Below, piece after piece: positions 53,810 through 62,872 of a DNA stretch of 64,000 nucleotides. Source of the DNA: an uncultured Acidobacteriota bacterium (GTDB lineage Bacteria > Acidobacteriota > Terriglobia > UBA7540); the NCBI GenBank assembly GCA_963718175.1, contig CAVQYM010000014.1, positions 104,283 to 168,282 of the forward strand, written 5' to 3'. A model generated the notes under the pieces. That model did not search any database, had not been told where the DNA came from, and worked only from the letters and a program-made list of their open reading frames with translations. The stretch's first letter is position 1, and the number at the start of each line of letters is the position of its first letter. The position numbers and the translations under genes were made by a program.

Positions 53810-54574
53810 ATGGACAATGTGAGGAAAGTCATCGTCGGCCTGTGCCTGAGCCTTTGCCTGCCTTTTTCCGTGCGGGCGCAATTCGTGCAGGATTTCAACC
53901 CGTCGCCGTCGCCGTGTTGCCTGCCGGGGGCGGTGGCCCATCTCGCGGAGGAACTCCAGGACTGGAATCAGTTGGGCCGTTACCACCAGGACAATTTGCG
54001 GCTCGAGGCAGCACCTGCTGTCGAGGGCCGCGTGGTATTCCTGGGCGATTCGATCACGGACGGATGGGATTTGGCGAAATACTTTCCCGGAAAACCTTAT
54101 GTCAACCGTGGCATCAGCGGACAAACGACCGTGCAGATGCTTGTCCGAATGCATCCTGATGTGGTCCACCTCAACCCGGCGGCGTTCATTCTGTTGGCAG
54201 GCACCAACGACATCGCCCGCAACACCGGTCCGGAGACGCTGGAGATGGTGGAGGACAACATTCGCGCCATGTGCGAACTGGCCGAAAGTCACAAAATCAA
54301 AATCATCCTATGTCTGCTCACTCCCGTCAGCGATTACGGCAAGAGTAAACAGACCGAGCGCCGCCCCCCCGCGGATATTGTGAACCTCAACCACTGGCTG
54401 GAGAGTTATGCGCGGGATGTCCATGCCCAGGTTGCGGACTACTACACGGCCCTTGTGGACGACAAAGGGATGTTACGCGAGGGCTACTCTGACGACGGGT
54501 TACATCCCAATGCCCACGGCTATGAATTGCTGGCCCCCCTCGCGGAAGCCGCCATCGAGGGGGCGCTAAAATAG
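53810..54574 (+). CDS. Secreted SGNH/GDSL hydrolase (esterase/acylhydrolase)
   Basis: Signal peptide MDNVRKVIVGLCLSLCLPFSVRA. SGNH blocks FLGDSITDGW, GISGQT, LLAGTNDI, DDGLHPN. Confidence 0.85.
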   Translation: MDNVRKVIVGLCLSLCLPFSVRAQFVQDFNPSPSPCCLPGAVAHLAEELQDWNQLGRYHQDNLRLEAAPAVEGRVVFLGDSITDGWDLAKYFPGKPYVNRGISGQTTVQMLVRMHPDVVHLNPAAFILLAGTNDIARNTGPETLEMVEDNIRAMCELAESHKIKIILCLLTPVSDYGKSKQTERRPPADIVNLNHWLESYARDVHAQVADYYTALVDDKGMLREGYSDDGLHPNAHGYELLAPLAEAAIEGALK

Positions 54575-54646
54575 GAGCGGCTAGTCCGAGGTCAGAAAGG
54601 CCGGGATGCGGGATTCGAGGAACGCGGGGACAGACGGGACGTTTAC

Positions 54647-54991
54647 CTATTTTCCCGCCACCGGATTAGGCCGCGCGGGCTTGCGAACCTCTTCAAACTG
54701 GTTGATGCGAACGACCCCGTTCGGAAGGACGGCGCGGATGTCGAGGTGACCTCCCATGGCCTCAATGATCTTCCGCAGCGTGCTGATATACATGTCGGAG
54801 CGGCGCTCGACTTTGGAAATGGCGGCCTGATTAACGTGCAGCAGTTCCGCCAGGTGTTCCTGCGTCAGATCAAGCGCCCCGCGCAGCTCGTCCAGAGCCA
54901 TTTCCTGAATCATCTGGTCCGCCTTCGCTTGCGAGCGCTCCCGCGCCGCCGCAGACATTTTCGCTTGCAGGGCCTTGAAATTCTTAGCCAT
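54647..54991 (-). CDS. XRE-family helix-turn-helix protein
   Basis: HTH segment LTQEHLAELLHVNQAAISKVERR. Start at MAKNFKAL (54991). Confidence 0.75.
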   Translation of the reverse strand: MAKNFKALQAKMSAAARERSQAKADQMIQEMALDELRGALDLTQEHLAELLHVNQAAISKVERRSDMYISTLRKIIEAMGGHLDIRAVLPNGVVRINQFEEVRKPARPNPVAGK

Positions 54992-55056
54992 CGGTAGAAC
55001 CTTCCTTCTCCAGGGCGGCCAAATGCTTGTCGTAGATGCGATCCGCTGACGACTTT

Positions 55057-55500
55057 CTAAGCCAACTCCTTGACCATCACCCATGCGGTGGTGCCATCCG
55101 CGTAGTAGTGCTCGATTTCATCGACCTTGCGGTAACCGCGGCCTTGGTAAAACATCTGAGCCCCAAGATTGTCCTGGGCGGTTTCAAGTTCGATGGTGCG
55201 TAGACCGTGATCGGCCGCCCACTGCTCGGCCGCCTGCATGAGAAGTGAACCCACGCCACTGCGGCGCCAGGCTTCCAGGACATCGATGGTGATGATGTGA
55301 AGGGTGCTGCGCGGCTCACGGAGGGCAATCAGGAAACCCGTGATTTCGCCGGCTTCTTCCGCCACCCAGGTCTGCGCGCGCCGGTGGCCAAGGGAAGCCG
55401 TCAGATCCTCGCGGGTGTAGGAAATCCCCGGAACAAAACAGACTTGATCGATGCCGTAGAGGGTTGGCAGGTCATCGGGATGGTAGGCACGAAGGCGCAT
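55057..55500 (-). CDS. GNAT family N-acetyltransferase (RimI-like)
   Basis: Acetyl-CoA motif VLEAWRRSGVGSLLM and the RimI-like tail YYADGTTAWVMVKEL. Its start codon overlaps the upstream stop in an ATGA overlap at 55498-55502. Confidence 0.8.
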   Translation of the reverse strand: MRLRAYHPDDLPTLYGIDQVCFVPGISYTREDLTASLGHRRAQTWVAEEAGEITGFLIALREPRSTLHIITIDVLEAWRRSGVGSLLMQAAEQWAADHGLRTIELETAQDNLGAQMFYQGRGYRKVDEIEHYYADGTTAWVMVKELA

Positions 55501-56633
55501 CAGGCGACTTCCAGCATCCGGTCGATATCGGTCTCGTCATTGTAAAGATACGGCGAAACCCGAATCATGCCGTGGCGCAAACTCACCGCAATCTGGTGGG
55601 CCGAGAGCTTTCGATGCAATTCCGCGGTCGCTCCGGCCTCCAGGGCGTGGAAACCCAGAATCGTCGATTCGTGGCCGGGGGACGACCCCGCGGAGAGAAT
55701 GTAGCCTCGGACGCACAATCCTTCTTCCAGGCGGCTCAGCAGACGGCGGCAATGGGCGTTCACGGCGCCGACCGTGACCCCTTCCACGAATTCCAAGGAC
55801 GCCTCCAGGCCATGGAGGTTGATGAAGTTTCCGGTTTCGCCGGAATCGAACACGCGCGCGTCGTGAATCAAACGGAATTCCTCGGTGGGAAGGGAATCAA
55901 AATCATCCGCGCCTTCCACCGAATACCAATTGATGACCGGCAGGTCGAGCTTGGCCAATAATTCCCGCGCCACATAGGCAAACCCGGTCCCATAGGGCCC
56001 CAGGAGGAACTTGTATGCCGCGCAGGCCATGACATCGACCGGCAGCGCGTGCAGGTCCAGATCATTGGCACCCACGCCTTGCGTGCCATCCACCACAAAT
56101 ATGCCGCCCCGGTCGCGAATGAGCGAGCCAAAGGCCGCAAGATCAATGCGATAGCCGGTGGAATAATCCACCCAATCGAGCGCCAGAACGCGCGTGTGGG
56201 AGGTCAGCTCCGCCGCCACCTGATCAATGGTCACTTCCCCCCCGGCCGGGTGGATGACCTTCACGGTTACGCCTTTCCGCCGCAAGTGAAGCCAAGTAAA
56301 CAGGTTAGAGGGAAAGTTCGAGCTCGCCACTACGACTTCATCGCCCGCACCCAGAGCCAGGCCCGCCGCCACGATGCCAATTCCTTGCGTGGCGCTGTTG
56401 GTGATCGTGATTTCCCCTGCTTCCGCGCCGGTCAAACGGGCAATACGTCCGCGGACGCGCTCCGGCAGGCCAAAATATTCCGGGGCCTTCAACCGGTCGG
56501 GGCGAGACTTGAGTTCAATGGCTTGGTGAATCCGCTCCACCGTAACCCGCGGGAAAGGGCCTTGGTAGGCACAGTCGAGGTAGATTACGGGCGAAAAGTC
56601 CGAAAATTCCTGACGGAAGTTGCGCATAGACAA
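55500..56633 (-). CDS. Aminotransferase class V-fold PLP-dependent enzyme (cysteine-desulfurase-like)
   Basis: Class V layout with the PLP-lysine region ACAAYKFLLGPYGTG. Confidence 0.75.
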   Translation of the reverse strand: MSMRNFRQEFSDFSPVIYLDCAYQGPFPRVTVERIHQAIELKSRPDRLKAPEYFGLPERVRGRIARLTGAEAGEITITNSATQGIGIVAAGLALGAGDEVVVASSNFPSNLFTWLHLRRKGVTVKVIHPAGGEVTIDQVAAELTSHTRVLALDWVDYSTGYRIDLAAFGSLIRDRGGIFVVDGTQGVGANDLDLHALPVDVMACAAYKFLLGPYGTGFAYVARELLAKLDLPVINWYSVEGADDFDSLPTEEFRLIHDARVFDSGETGNFINLHGLEASLEFVEGVTVGAVNAHCRRLLSRLEEGLCVRGYILSAGSSPGHESTILGFHALEAGATAELHRKLSAHQIAVSLRHGMIRVSPYLYNDETDIDRMLEVA

Positions 56634-56642
56634 AAAATCCCT

Positions 56643-57467
56643 CTACTTGCCGAACAGTCGGTCGAGCAGGGAGCTATGGGCTTTCTCGGGCATTCGTGGA
56701 ATATCCACAATGAGAGGTTCGATCTTGTCGCGTGGCCAGGATTGGCGTGCGCGGTCCCACGCCACAACCTCCAGCAACGAGGTCCATAGCTCCAGACAGT
56801 GGAGGCATTTGGCGCGATGCTCTTCCGCCGGGGACTTGTCGTACCAACTCGTTTGGCCGTCAAGAATACGGATGAGCTGCCGGAGGGGTGTGCAATCCTT
56901 CTGTCCGTCCGCCCGCGCCGCCCGGCAGATGCCGAGCCAGGCTGCCGGCCACAAGCACTGGTCCTCACTTCGTTCCAGTACCTGGGCGTAGTTGGCACGC
57001 AGCCGCCCCAACCCCTCTCCCGCCACGGCAGGAGTAACCCGAAGAGTCTTTTCGAGAGTTGCTTGCGAATACCCAGCCAGGGCCAGAAAAGCAACCTCCT
57101 GATTAACCACGGGCAGGCCGCTGAGCAGAGCGCCAAGCGTCTGAACGCTGGGCGCGGGAGGCTCCGCGGCATCCTGCGAGGATTCGAGCTTGGTGGCGAT
57201 CCAATCCAGCAGAAAGGCGCGCAGTCCCACCAGAAACTCCCGCTCCGACTGATGCGAGAAACCCCTCAGGGCTGCGCACTCGTTGGCGCTCAAGGCGCGG
57301 AGGACCTGGCGCCAACAATCCAAACGCGCCTCGGGCGCCCAGGGCGAATAAACGCCGAGAAACTGGAGCGCCATGGGAGTGTAATCAGCCAGGAAGGCTC
57401 TCCAGGCCTCAGGATTCCCTTCCTCGCATCCTGGAAGGATTTTGTGAAACGTCATCAACTTGGACAT
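56643..57467 (-). CDS. ECF-sigma-like protein with C-terminal zf-HC2 (ZAS-type) motif
   Basis: Region-2-like N-terminus (EEGNPEAWRAFLADYTP). Region-4-like HTH (LLSGLPVVNQEVAFLALAGYSQATLEKTLRVTPAVAGEGLGRLR). H-x3-C-x2-C motif (HRAKCLHC, 56796-56819). Confidence 0.5.
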   Translation of the reverse strand: MSKLMTFHKILPGCEEGNPEAWRAFLADYTPMALQFLGVYSPWAPEARLDCWRQVLRALSANECAALRGFSHQSEREFLVGLRAFLLDWIATKLESSQDAAEPPAPSVQTLGALLSGLPVVNQEVAFLALAGYSQATLEKTLRVTPAVAGEGLGRLRANYAQVLERSEDQCLWPAAWLGICRAARADGQKDCTPLRQLIRILDGQTSWYDKSPAEEHRAKCLHCLELWTSLLEVVAWDRARQSWPRDKIEPLIVDIPRMPEKAHSSLLDRLFGK

Positions 57468-57551
57468 GGTGGAATTTCAGAAGCCCGGCCAGGCAGACTG
57501 TGGCGCCGCCTGCGATAAATCTCGAGGAAAACCATCCCCCTTGTTTGTCTT

Positions 57552-58082
57552 TTACCGCTGCTGGCCCGCCCGGACCGTCCGGTCCAAGTGCGCTGCCACC
57601 AAGGCGGCAGTATCACTAACCGCTTGATCCAGAGCCGGAGGATTGAAGGGCCTGATGATGGTGTCCTGCCACAAGGAGGCGCCACCGCGGTCGGAAATAA
57701 AAACTTCGGAGTGCACGTGCTTCAGACGGCGCGACTCCAGGCACGATCCCCGAAGGGTTGCGTCGGCATCTTTTGCCTTGGTGACCAATCGAAACCGCCC
57801 CCGCTTTCCCAACGCCTCAACCAGTTTGTCGCTCAATGCATTGTCGATGGTCTCAATGTAGAGAGTGCGAATCCGCATCAATTTCCGAATGTCGGTGGTG
57901 GTGGATGTGTCCGGGCCGGATTCTAATCCCGGTCCGCTTCGAGGACCGAGCGTGGGCCGCTCCTCCTGCTGTTGCTGAGGTTGTCCCTGGGGGGCGGGTG
58001 GATTGGCTTCCTGGCCCGCTTGAGCCCCTATCGCGAAACTGGCAAACAGACAAACTGCCAAGTGCTGTGCGCCCCATTTCAT
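57552..58082 (-). CDS. Secreted hypothetical protein
   Basis: Signal peptide MKWGAQHLAVCLFASFAIGAQA followed by a Pro/Gln-rich linker. No recognised domain. Confidence 0.55.
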   Translation of the reverse strand: MKWGAQHLAVCLFASFAIGAQAGQEANPPAPQGQPQQQQEERPTLGPRSGPGLESGPDTSTTTDIRKLMRIRTLYIETIDNALSDKLVEALGKRGRFRLVTKAKDADATLRGSCLESRRLKHVHSEVFISDRGGASLWQDTIIRPFNPPALDQAVSDTAALVAAHLDRTVRAGQQR

Positions 58083-58138
58083 AGCGACCTCCCCGGGCCG
58101 AGATCATGCCCACCTGGCCCGTCCAAGCCGCACGGCCC

Positions 58139-58468
58139 CTATCGGCCATAAGCGTGTTGCATTTCCCTTAACGATTTTTGCCGATCTTTCATATCCTGCA
58201 ACGCGTCCTTCTGCCTCTGTTTCAGATCGCGGCGTTCGCGCTGCATTTGGTGGTTTGCCTGGGCGCGCGTAGCGCTGTTAACCCGCCGGCCCTTCCAGGA
58301 CTGCTTCATGTTCTGCTGTTGAACCTTCAAGGCATTCCGCTCCAGCTTCTGCTGTGACTTAAGCATCTTTCGTTGCGCCCGCCAATCGATACCCTGGGCT
58401 TGGCCCGCAGGGGCCGAACTGATCCCCAGACATATCGTGGCGACCATCACGATCAGGAAGTTACGCAT
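58139..58468 (-). CDS. Small secreted basic coiled-coil protein
   Basis: Signal peptide MRNFLIVMVATICLGISSAPA followed by a K/Q/R-rich helical sequence. Confidence 0.5.
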   Translation of the reverse strand: MRNFLIVMVATICLGISSAPAGQAQGIDWRAQRKMLKSQQKLERNALKVQQQNMKQSWKGRRVNSATRAQANHQMQRERRDLKQRQKDALQDMKDRQKSLREMQHAYGR

Positions 58469-58598
58469 TCTGCCTCCACGCGCGCTCCGATGATTGCCCG
58501 ACGCGAACGCTTACCGCCATAAGCCGCGCGGCTTGGAGCATCCCCTCTCCACCAGCATCTTAGCCAGATTATGAACAGAGTACAATAGTTTCCCGTGC

Positions 58599-59672
58599 TC
58601 AATATGGGGTTTCGCCCAGCAACCCCTCCCACGTACGCAGACCGGTCCGGCTCAAGTAAACCGGGATGTTCTTGAACAGCGGGTTCTCGGCTTCAATCTC
58701 CCGAATCATGGCCCGCTTCACGTGGGACAACCCCCCCGAGAGGATCGTGAGCGACCCACCGTCTCCCCCTGCCCCATTCACCTTCCACCCCAAAGCGCCG
58801 TGCGCCTTCGCGATCTCGATCACTCGTCGCGCATCCGGACTCACCAGGTCAGGATGAAGACGTTCCTGCGCCTCCGTGTTCTCGATCATGGCTTTTCCAA
58901 GCCCGGCAAAGTCGCCGGCATAAACGGCATCTCGGGATTTTTCTGGCGTCGCCCGCAGGTCCTGGAGCTTTTGACAATCCGCTCCCAGACCCTCGAGTTC
59001 CCGAATTACTTTCTTATGAACTTCGGACGAGGTGTGAGATTTGCCGAAGTAGATCAATACCAGTCGTCTCTCCAGCTCCCACCATGTCGTGTTCGGCACC
59101 TGGACGGGGGAAACGCTGGCATACGGATAATCGAACATCTCGATATAATTGATGCCACCATAAGCCGAACATAACTGGTCTTGGATGCCGCACTGGAGCT
59201 TGAGCATCTGCGTCTCGATCGCCTGGGCCGTGTAAGCGACCTCGTGCGCGGTCAGATGCCCCCGGGTGAGGCGGTCGAGCGCTCCCACCAGCGCCACGCC
59301 CACGGCCGCGGAGGTTCCCGTGGAGGCTCCGCTCGGCGCCTCGGAAAATATCGTGACGTTTAAGGCCACGTTCGAGGGGACCTTCATGCGCTCGACGGCC
59401 GCCTCCAGCAGCGGATGCTCGCCCCATCCGCCCGTCCGGTGGGTCACGGCAAAGCGCTGGCCGTAGTTTTCCGCAAAGACCACAACTTGCTGAGGCTGGT
59501 CGTCGCGGTGAAACACTTCCACCTGAACTTCCACGTAGGGATACACGCCGATATTGAAGATCTTCCCCGTTTTGGCAAACCAGGTATCCGTCCAGCCGCC
59601 ATTGTCACAAATTCGAATGGGCGCAACACCATTGATGATGCGCAGTGGTCGCTTGCCAACCATTTCCTTCAT
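58599..59672 (-). CDS. GHMP-family sugar kinase (HddA/fucokinase-like)
   Basis: APIRICDNGGWTDTW N-terminal motif and GHMP motif II SEAPSGASTGTSAAV. ATG at 59672 has GGAGG 7 nt upstream. Confidence 0.8.
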   Translation of the reverse strand: MKEMVGKRPLRIINGVAPIRICDNGGWTDTWFAKTGKIFNIGVYPYVEVQVEVFHRDDQPQQVVVFAENYGQRFAVTHRTGGWGEHPLLEAAVERMKVPSNVALNVTIFSEAPSGASTGTSAAVGVALVGALDRLTRGHLTAHEVAYTAQAIETQMLKLQCGIQDQLCSAYGGINYIEMFDYPYASVSPVQVPNTTWWELERRLVLIYFGKSHTSSEVHKKVIRELEGLGADCQKLQDLRATPEKSRDAVYAGDFAGLGKAMIENTEAQERLHPDLVSPDARRVIEIAKAHGALGWKVNGAGGDGGSLTILSGGLSHVKRAMIREIEAENPLFKNIPVYLSRTGLRTWEGLLGETPY

Positions 59673-60010
59673 CCCACGCCTCCTGGCCACAGTTGGTGCG
59701 CGAAACGGCGGTCCGCCATGCGGCGAGGCATGATCTCCGGTTCGGCGCTCCGGGCCGCATGATCGTACCACAAGAACGTAGGGAAGCTGGATGCAGTGTG
59801 AAGCTTGGTTATTCCCTTGCCGTCGGGGGGAACAAACAACCTCCGCTCCTGACTCTCCCATCTAACCAGAAAGCTAAAGTATGTAAAAGCCAGCAATCCC
59901 GGTCCACGTGCTTTACCGAAGGGGACTAGGCGCAGGGGGAACAGGAAATGCCGTGAGATGGATGCCCACAAAATGTGCGCCACCTGGAACGGAGTTGAGG
60001 AAAAACTCTG

Positions 60011-61201
60011 ATGATCATGATGAAGGTGAAACATTCTCTGAATGACCCGGCGCACCATGGAGCCAATGACTTCCCACGCCTAATCGCCGCGGGGCGAGGA
60101 CTCTGCCTTGTCCTTCTGGCGACGTCACTGTTCCTGGCGGATCAGCCGCTGAGAAGCCAGCAAGCGACGGAAGCACAGGCGCCGCCCATCACCCAGCGTG
60201 TGATCGTGGTCAACGTGCTCGCCACAGTGCACGATAAAAAGGGAGCGATCGTCCGCGATCTGACCCAGAATGATTTCGAATTGAAGGAAGATGACCGTCC
60301 GCAGAATATTCGCTACTTCTCGCATGAGACGGACCTTCCGCTAACCCTCGGCCTGCTGGTGGACACCAGCCTCAGCCAGCGGCGCGTTCTCGGTGAGGAG
60401 CGCGACGCCAGCGCCACTTTTCTCGATCAGGTGCTGCGCGTCGACAAGGACCAAGCTTTCGTCATTCACTTTGACCGGGAAGTGGAACTCCTCCAAGACC
60501 TCACCTCCTCCCGCCAGAAGTTGCAGGCAGCGCTGGGTCTTCTGCGAGTACCACAGCGTTCGAGTGAAGGCGGGGGTGATTCAACGGATCCTGGGCAGGG
60601 GCAAAGCGGCGGGGGCGGGGGCCGGCGACGGGGCGGATTCGGTGGTGGCACCACCCTTTACGATGCTATTTACTTGGCGTCCAACGAAATAACCGCCAAG
60701 CAGGGAGGACGCAAAGCGCTGATCGTCCTTTCCGATGGAGTGGACCGCGGGAGCAAGAAAACCCTGGCCAGCGCCATCGAAGCCGCCCAACGCGCCGACA
60801 CCCTGGTTTATTCCATCCTCTTTGCCGATGAACAGGGATATGGCGGCGGAGGCGGAGGCTATGGCGGTCACCATGGAATGGGAGGCGGAATGGGCGGGAT
60901 GGGCGGCGGCATGGGCCGGCATGGCGGGGGATATCCACGTCCGCAAGAATCCCGGCCGGACGGCAAGAAAATTCTCGAACGACTCGCCAAGGACACAGGG
61001 GGGCACTTTTTCGAGGTTTCCAAGAAGCACCCGGTGGATGAAACTTTCAGCCAAATCCAGGAAGAACTGCGTAATCAATACAGCCTAGGATATACCCCGA
61101 ACCCACCCAACACCGAACCCGGGTATCACAAAATAACTCTAACCACGAAGAAGAAAGACCTCATCGTGCAAGCTCGGGATGGGTACTACGGTGGGAAGTA
61201 G
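60011..61201 (+). CDS. VWA-domain protein of the acidobacterial VWFA-related type, with Gly-rich insert
   Basis: N-terminal signal/TM segment. Block VIVVNVLATVHDKKGAIVRDLTQNDFELKEDDRPQNIRYF, VWA body (ALIVLSDGVDRGS), and a GGGGGYGGHHGMGGGMGGMGGGMG tract. Confidence 0.8.
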   Translation: MIMMKVKHSLNDPAHHGANDFPRLIAAGRGLCLVLLATSLFLADQPLRSQQATEAQAPPITQRVIVVNVLATVHDKKGAIVRDLTQNDFELKEDDRPQNIRYFSHETDLPLTLGLLVDTSLSQRRVLGEERDASATFLDQVLRVDKDQAFVIHFDREVELLQDLTSSRQKLQAALGLLRVPQRSSEGGGDSTDPGQGQSGGGGGRRRGGFGGGTTLYDAIYLASNEITAKQGGRKALIVLSDGVDRGSKKTLASAIEAAQRADTLVYSILFADEQGYGGGGGGYGGHHGMGGGMGGMGGGMGRHGGGYPRPQESRPDGKKILERLAKDTGGHFFEVSKKHPVDETFSQIQEELRNQYSLGYTPNPPNTEPGYHKITLTTKKKDLIVQARDGYYGGK

Positions 61202-61203
61202 AA

Positions 61204-61294
61204 AGTGTAGCGCGGACCTGTTTTGTAGGTCCGCGGCTTTTTCTTGCCTATTGGGGACGAGCCGCGGACCTACAAAACAGGCGCGCGCTACACT
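61204..61294. repeat. Palindromic REP-like element: two 34-bp inverted arms with a 23-nt spacer
   Basis: AGTGTAGCGCGGACCTGTTTTGTAGGTCCGCGGC at 61204-61237 and GCCGCGGACCTACAAAACAGGCGCGCGCTACACT at 61261-61294, between convergent genes. Confidence 0.8.
61212..61245 (+). terminator. Candidate intrinsic terminator of the VWA gene
   Basis: Stem GCGGACCT/AGGTCCGC with a 7-nt loop, followed by GGCTTTTTCTT. Confidence 0.5.
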
Positions 61295-61299
61295 GGCTT

Positions 61300-62064
61300 C
61301 TATTTCAATGCCCCCTCGATGGCGGCTTCCGCGAGGGGGGCCAGCAATTCATATCCGCGCGCGTTGGGATGCAGTCCGTCGTCAGAGTAGCCCTCTCGTA
61401 ACATGCCTTTGTCGTCCACCAGCGCCGTGTAGTAATCCGCAACCTGGGCGTGGACATCCCGCGCATAACTTTCCAACCAGTGGTTGAGGTTCACAATATC
61501 CGCGGGTGGGCGGCGCTCGGTCTGTTTACTCTTGCCGTAATCGCTGACGGGAGTGAGCAGACATAGGATGATTTTGATTTTGTGGCTTTCGGCCAGCTCG
61601 CACATGGCGCGAATGTTGTCCTCCACCATTTCCAGCGTCTCCGGTCCGGTATTGCGGGCGATATCGTTGGTGCCGGCCAACAAAATAAACGCCGCGGGCC
61701 GGAGGTGGATCATATCAGGATGCATGCGCACGAGCATCTGCACGGTCGTCTGTCCGCTGATGCCACGGTTGACATAAGGTTTTCCGGGAAAGTATTTCGC
61801 CAAATCCCATCCGTCGGTGATCGAATCCCCCAGGAATACCACGCGCCCCTCCACGGCCGGCGCTGCCTCGAGCCGTAAATCATCCTGGTGGTAACGGCCC
61901 AACTGGTTCCAGTCCTGAAGTTCCTCCGCGAGATGAGCCACCGCCCCCGGCAGGCAACACGGCGAGGGCGCCGGATTGAAATCCTGCACGAATTGGGCCC
62001 GCGCGGAAAGAGGCAGGCAGAAGGTCAGGCACAGGCCCATGATGATCTTGTTCAGTTTGTCCAT
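61300..62064 (-). CDS. Secreted SGNH/GDSL hydrolase, near-identical paralog of 53810-54574
   Basis: The protein differs from copy 1 mainly in the signal peptide and at a few other positions. Same SGNH blocks. Confidence 0.85.
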   Translation of the reverse strand: MDKLNKIIMGLCLTFCLPLSARAQFVQDFNPAPSPCCLPGAVAHLAEELQDWNQLGRYHQDDLRLEAAPAVEGRVVFLGDSITDGWDLAKYFPGKPYVNRGISGQTTVQMLVRMHPDMIHLRPAAFILLAGTNDIARNTGPETLEMVEDNIRAMCELAESHKIKIILCLLTPVSDYGKSKQTERRPPADIVNLNHWLESYARDVHAQVADYYTALVDDKGMLREGYSDDGLHPNARGYELLAPLAEAAIEGALK

Positions 62065-62083
62065 AGCTCCCTCCCTTGCCCGT

Positions 62084-62112
62084 GTTATACGCGAGTTCAG
62101 GAAAGCCGTCAA
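62084..62112 (-). promoter_or_regulatory. Sigma70-type promoter of SGNH hydrolase copy 2
   Basis: On the minus strand, TTGACG (62107-62112), a 17-nt spacer, then TATAAC (62084-62089). Duplicated together with the gene. Confidence 0.55.
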
Positions 62113-62632
62113 AGACATAACTAGCCTGCCGGTACGATATGGTGAGGGAAATTCGGCGCGATCTTTCCAATCCAGAGGAGAATACTCAAGTTCGCACTAG
62201 CCTATGGCCATCACCTTGCTGGAATTAGGAGCGGAGGGTCGTCTCGGGGTGGAATCGCGCAGCATGCCTAGTAGGTGTCAGGTACCAGGTGCCAGGGGAC
62301 TGGGGGCTAGGAACTTGCTGTCAACTGTCGGCTCAACTCGAAAAGAACGTAAGATTCCAGCGTGCGCCAAATGGGGCGACTCACCAATCTGCTATTCGAG
62401 CTTCGAAACGGGGCGCTGACCCCTAGAGATGTTAAAAATGAAGATCGATCCGGCTATGTGCATGAAAACACAAGCAAATGACGCAATGTCGTGCGATAAT
62501 TCAGCTTTTTTACATGAAAATGCACCAACGGCGCGACAATCGACAACAATCGGTCGCCCCCCTTGGCCGAAAATGCAAGAATTGCGCGATAATTCGGGGC
62601 GAAGGCGGATCCCAAATCTGCTCATCGGGTCA

Positions 62633-62872
62633 CCGGATGACGAGCCGCGGAGGTGTAGCGGCGAGTTTACCTCGCCATCGAAACGTAGCGGCGAGTTTAC
62701 CTCGCCACAGGCGGCGTGAGGCCGCCGCGAAAATGGCGGGGTAAACCCGCCGCTACGAAAGCCAAGGCCTATCAGGGGCGGCCTGTGCCACCACGCCACC
62801 GATCAGAGCACCGGCGTTTGCTGGCCCTGCGAAGGCCGCTCCGTACACGGGGGCCGGATGACGAGCCGCGGA
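62633..62872. repeat. Composite REP-like repeat cluster
   Basis: GTAGCGGCGAGTTTACCTCGCC occurs twice (62655-62676, 62685-62706), with inverted partner GGCGGGGTAAACCCGCCGCTAC (62735-62756). The cluster is bracketed by direct copies of CCGGATGACGAGCCGCGGA (62633-62651, 62854-62872). Confidence 0.75.

Larger units (their letters stand above)
53752..54577 (+). repeat. Inverted duplication, copy 1 (promoter plus SGNH hydrolase gene)
   Basis: Aligns by eye with the reverse complement of 61297-62122 from AGTTATGTCTTTGACG to the stop codon. Differences are scattered and mostly synonymous. Confidence 0.85.
61297..62122 (-). repeat. Inverted duplication, copy 2 (promoter plus SGNH hydrolase gene)
   Basis: Reverse complement aligns with 53752-54577. 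Confidence 0.85.

Noticed and set aside
54647-55500. GNAT acetyltransferase plus a small HTH protein as a GNAT-type toxin-antitoxin pair.
   Set aside because: The GNAT looks RimI-like (YYADGTTAWVMVKEL tail) and is translationally coupled to the upstream aminotransferase. The gene order (GNAT first) and the XRE rather than RHH/DUF1778 partner do not match known TacT/KacT-type systems. I cannot support it from sequence alone.
62655-62706. Possible mini-CRISPR: a 22-bp direct repeat GTAGCGGCGAGTTTACCTCGCC present twice.
   Set aside because: There are only two copies, separated by an 8-nt spacer. An inverted third copy is present and no cas genes are. It fits REP-like hairpin modules, not a CRISPR array.
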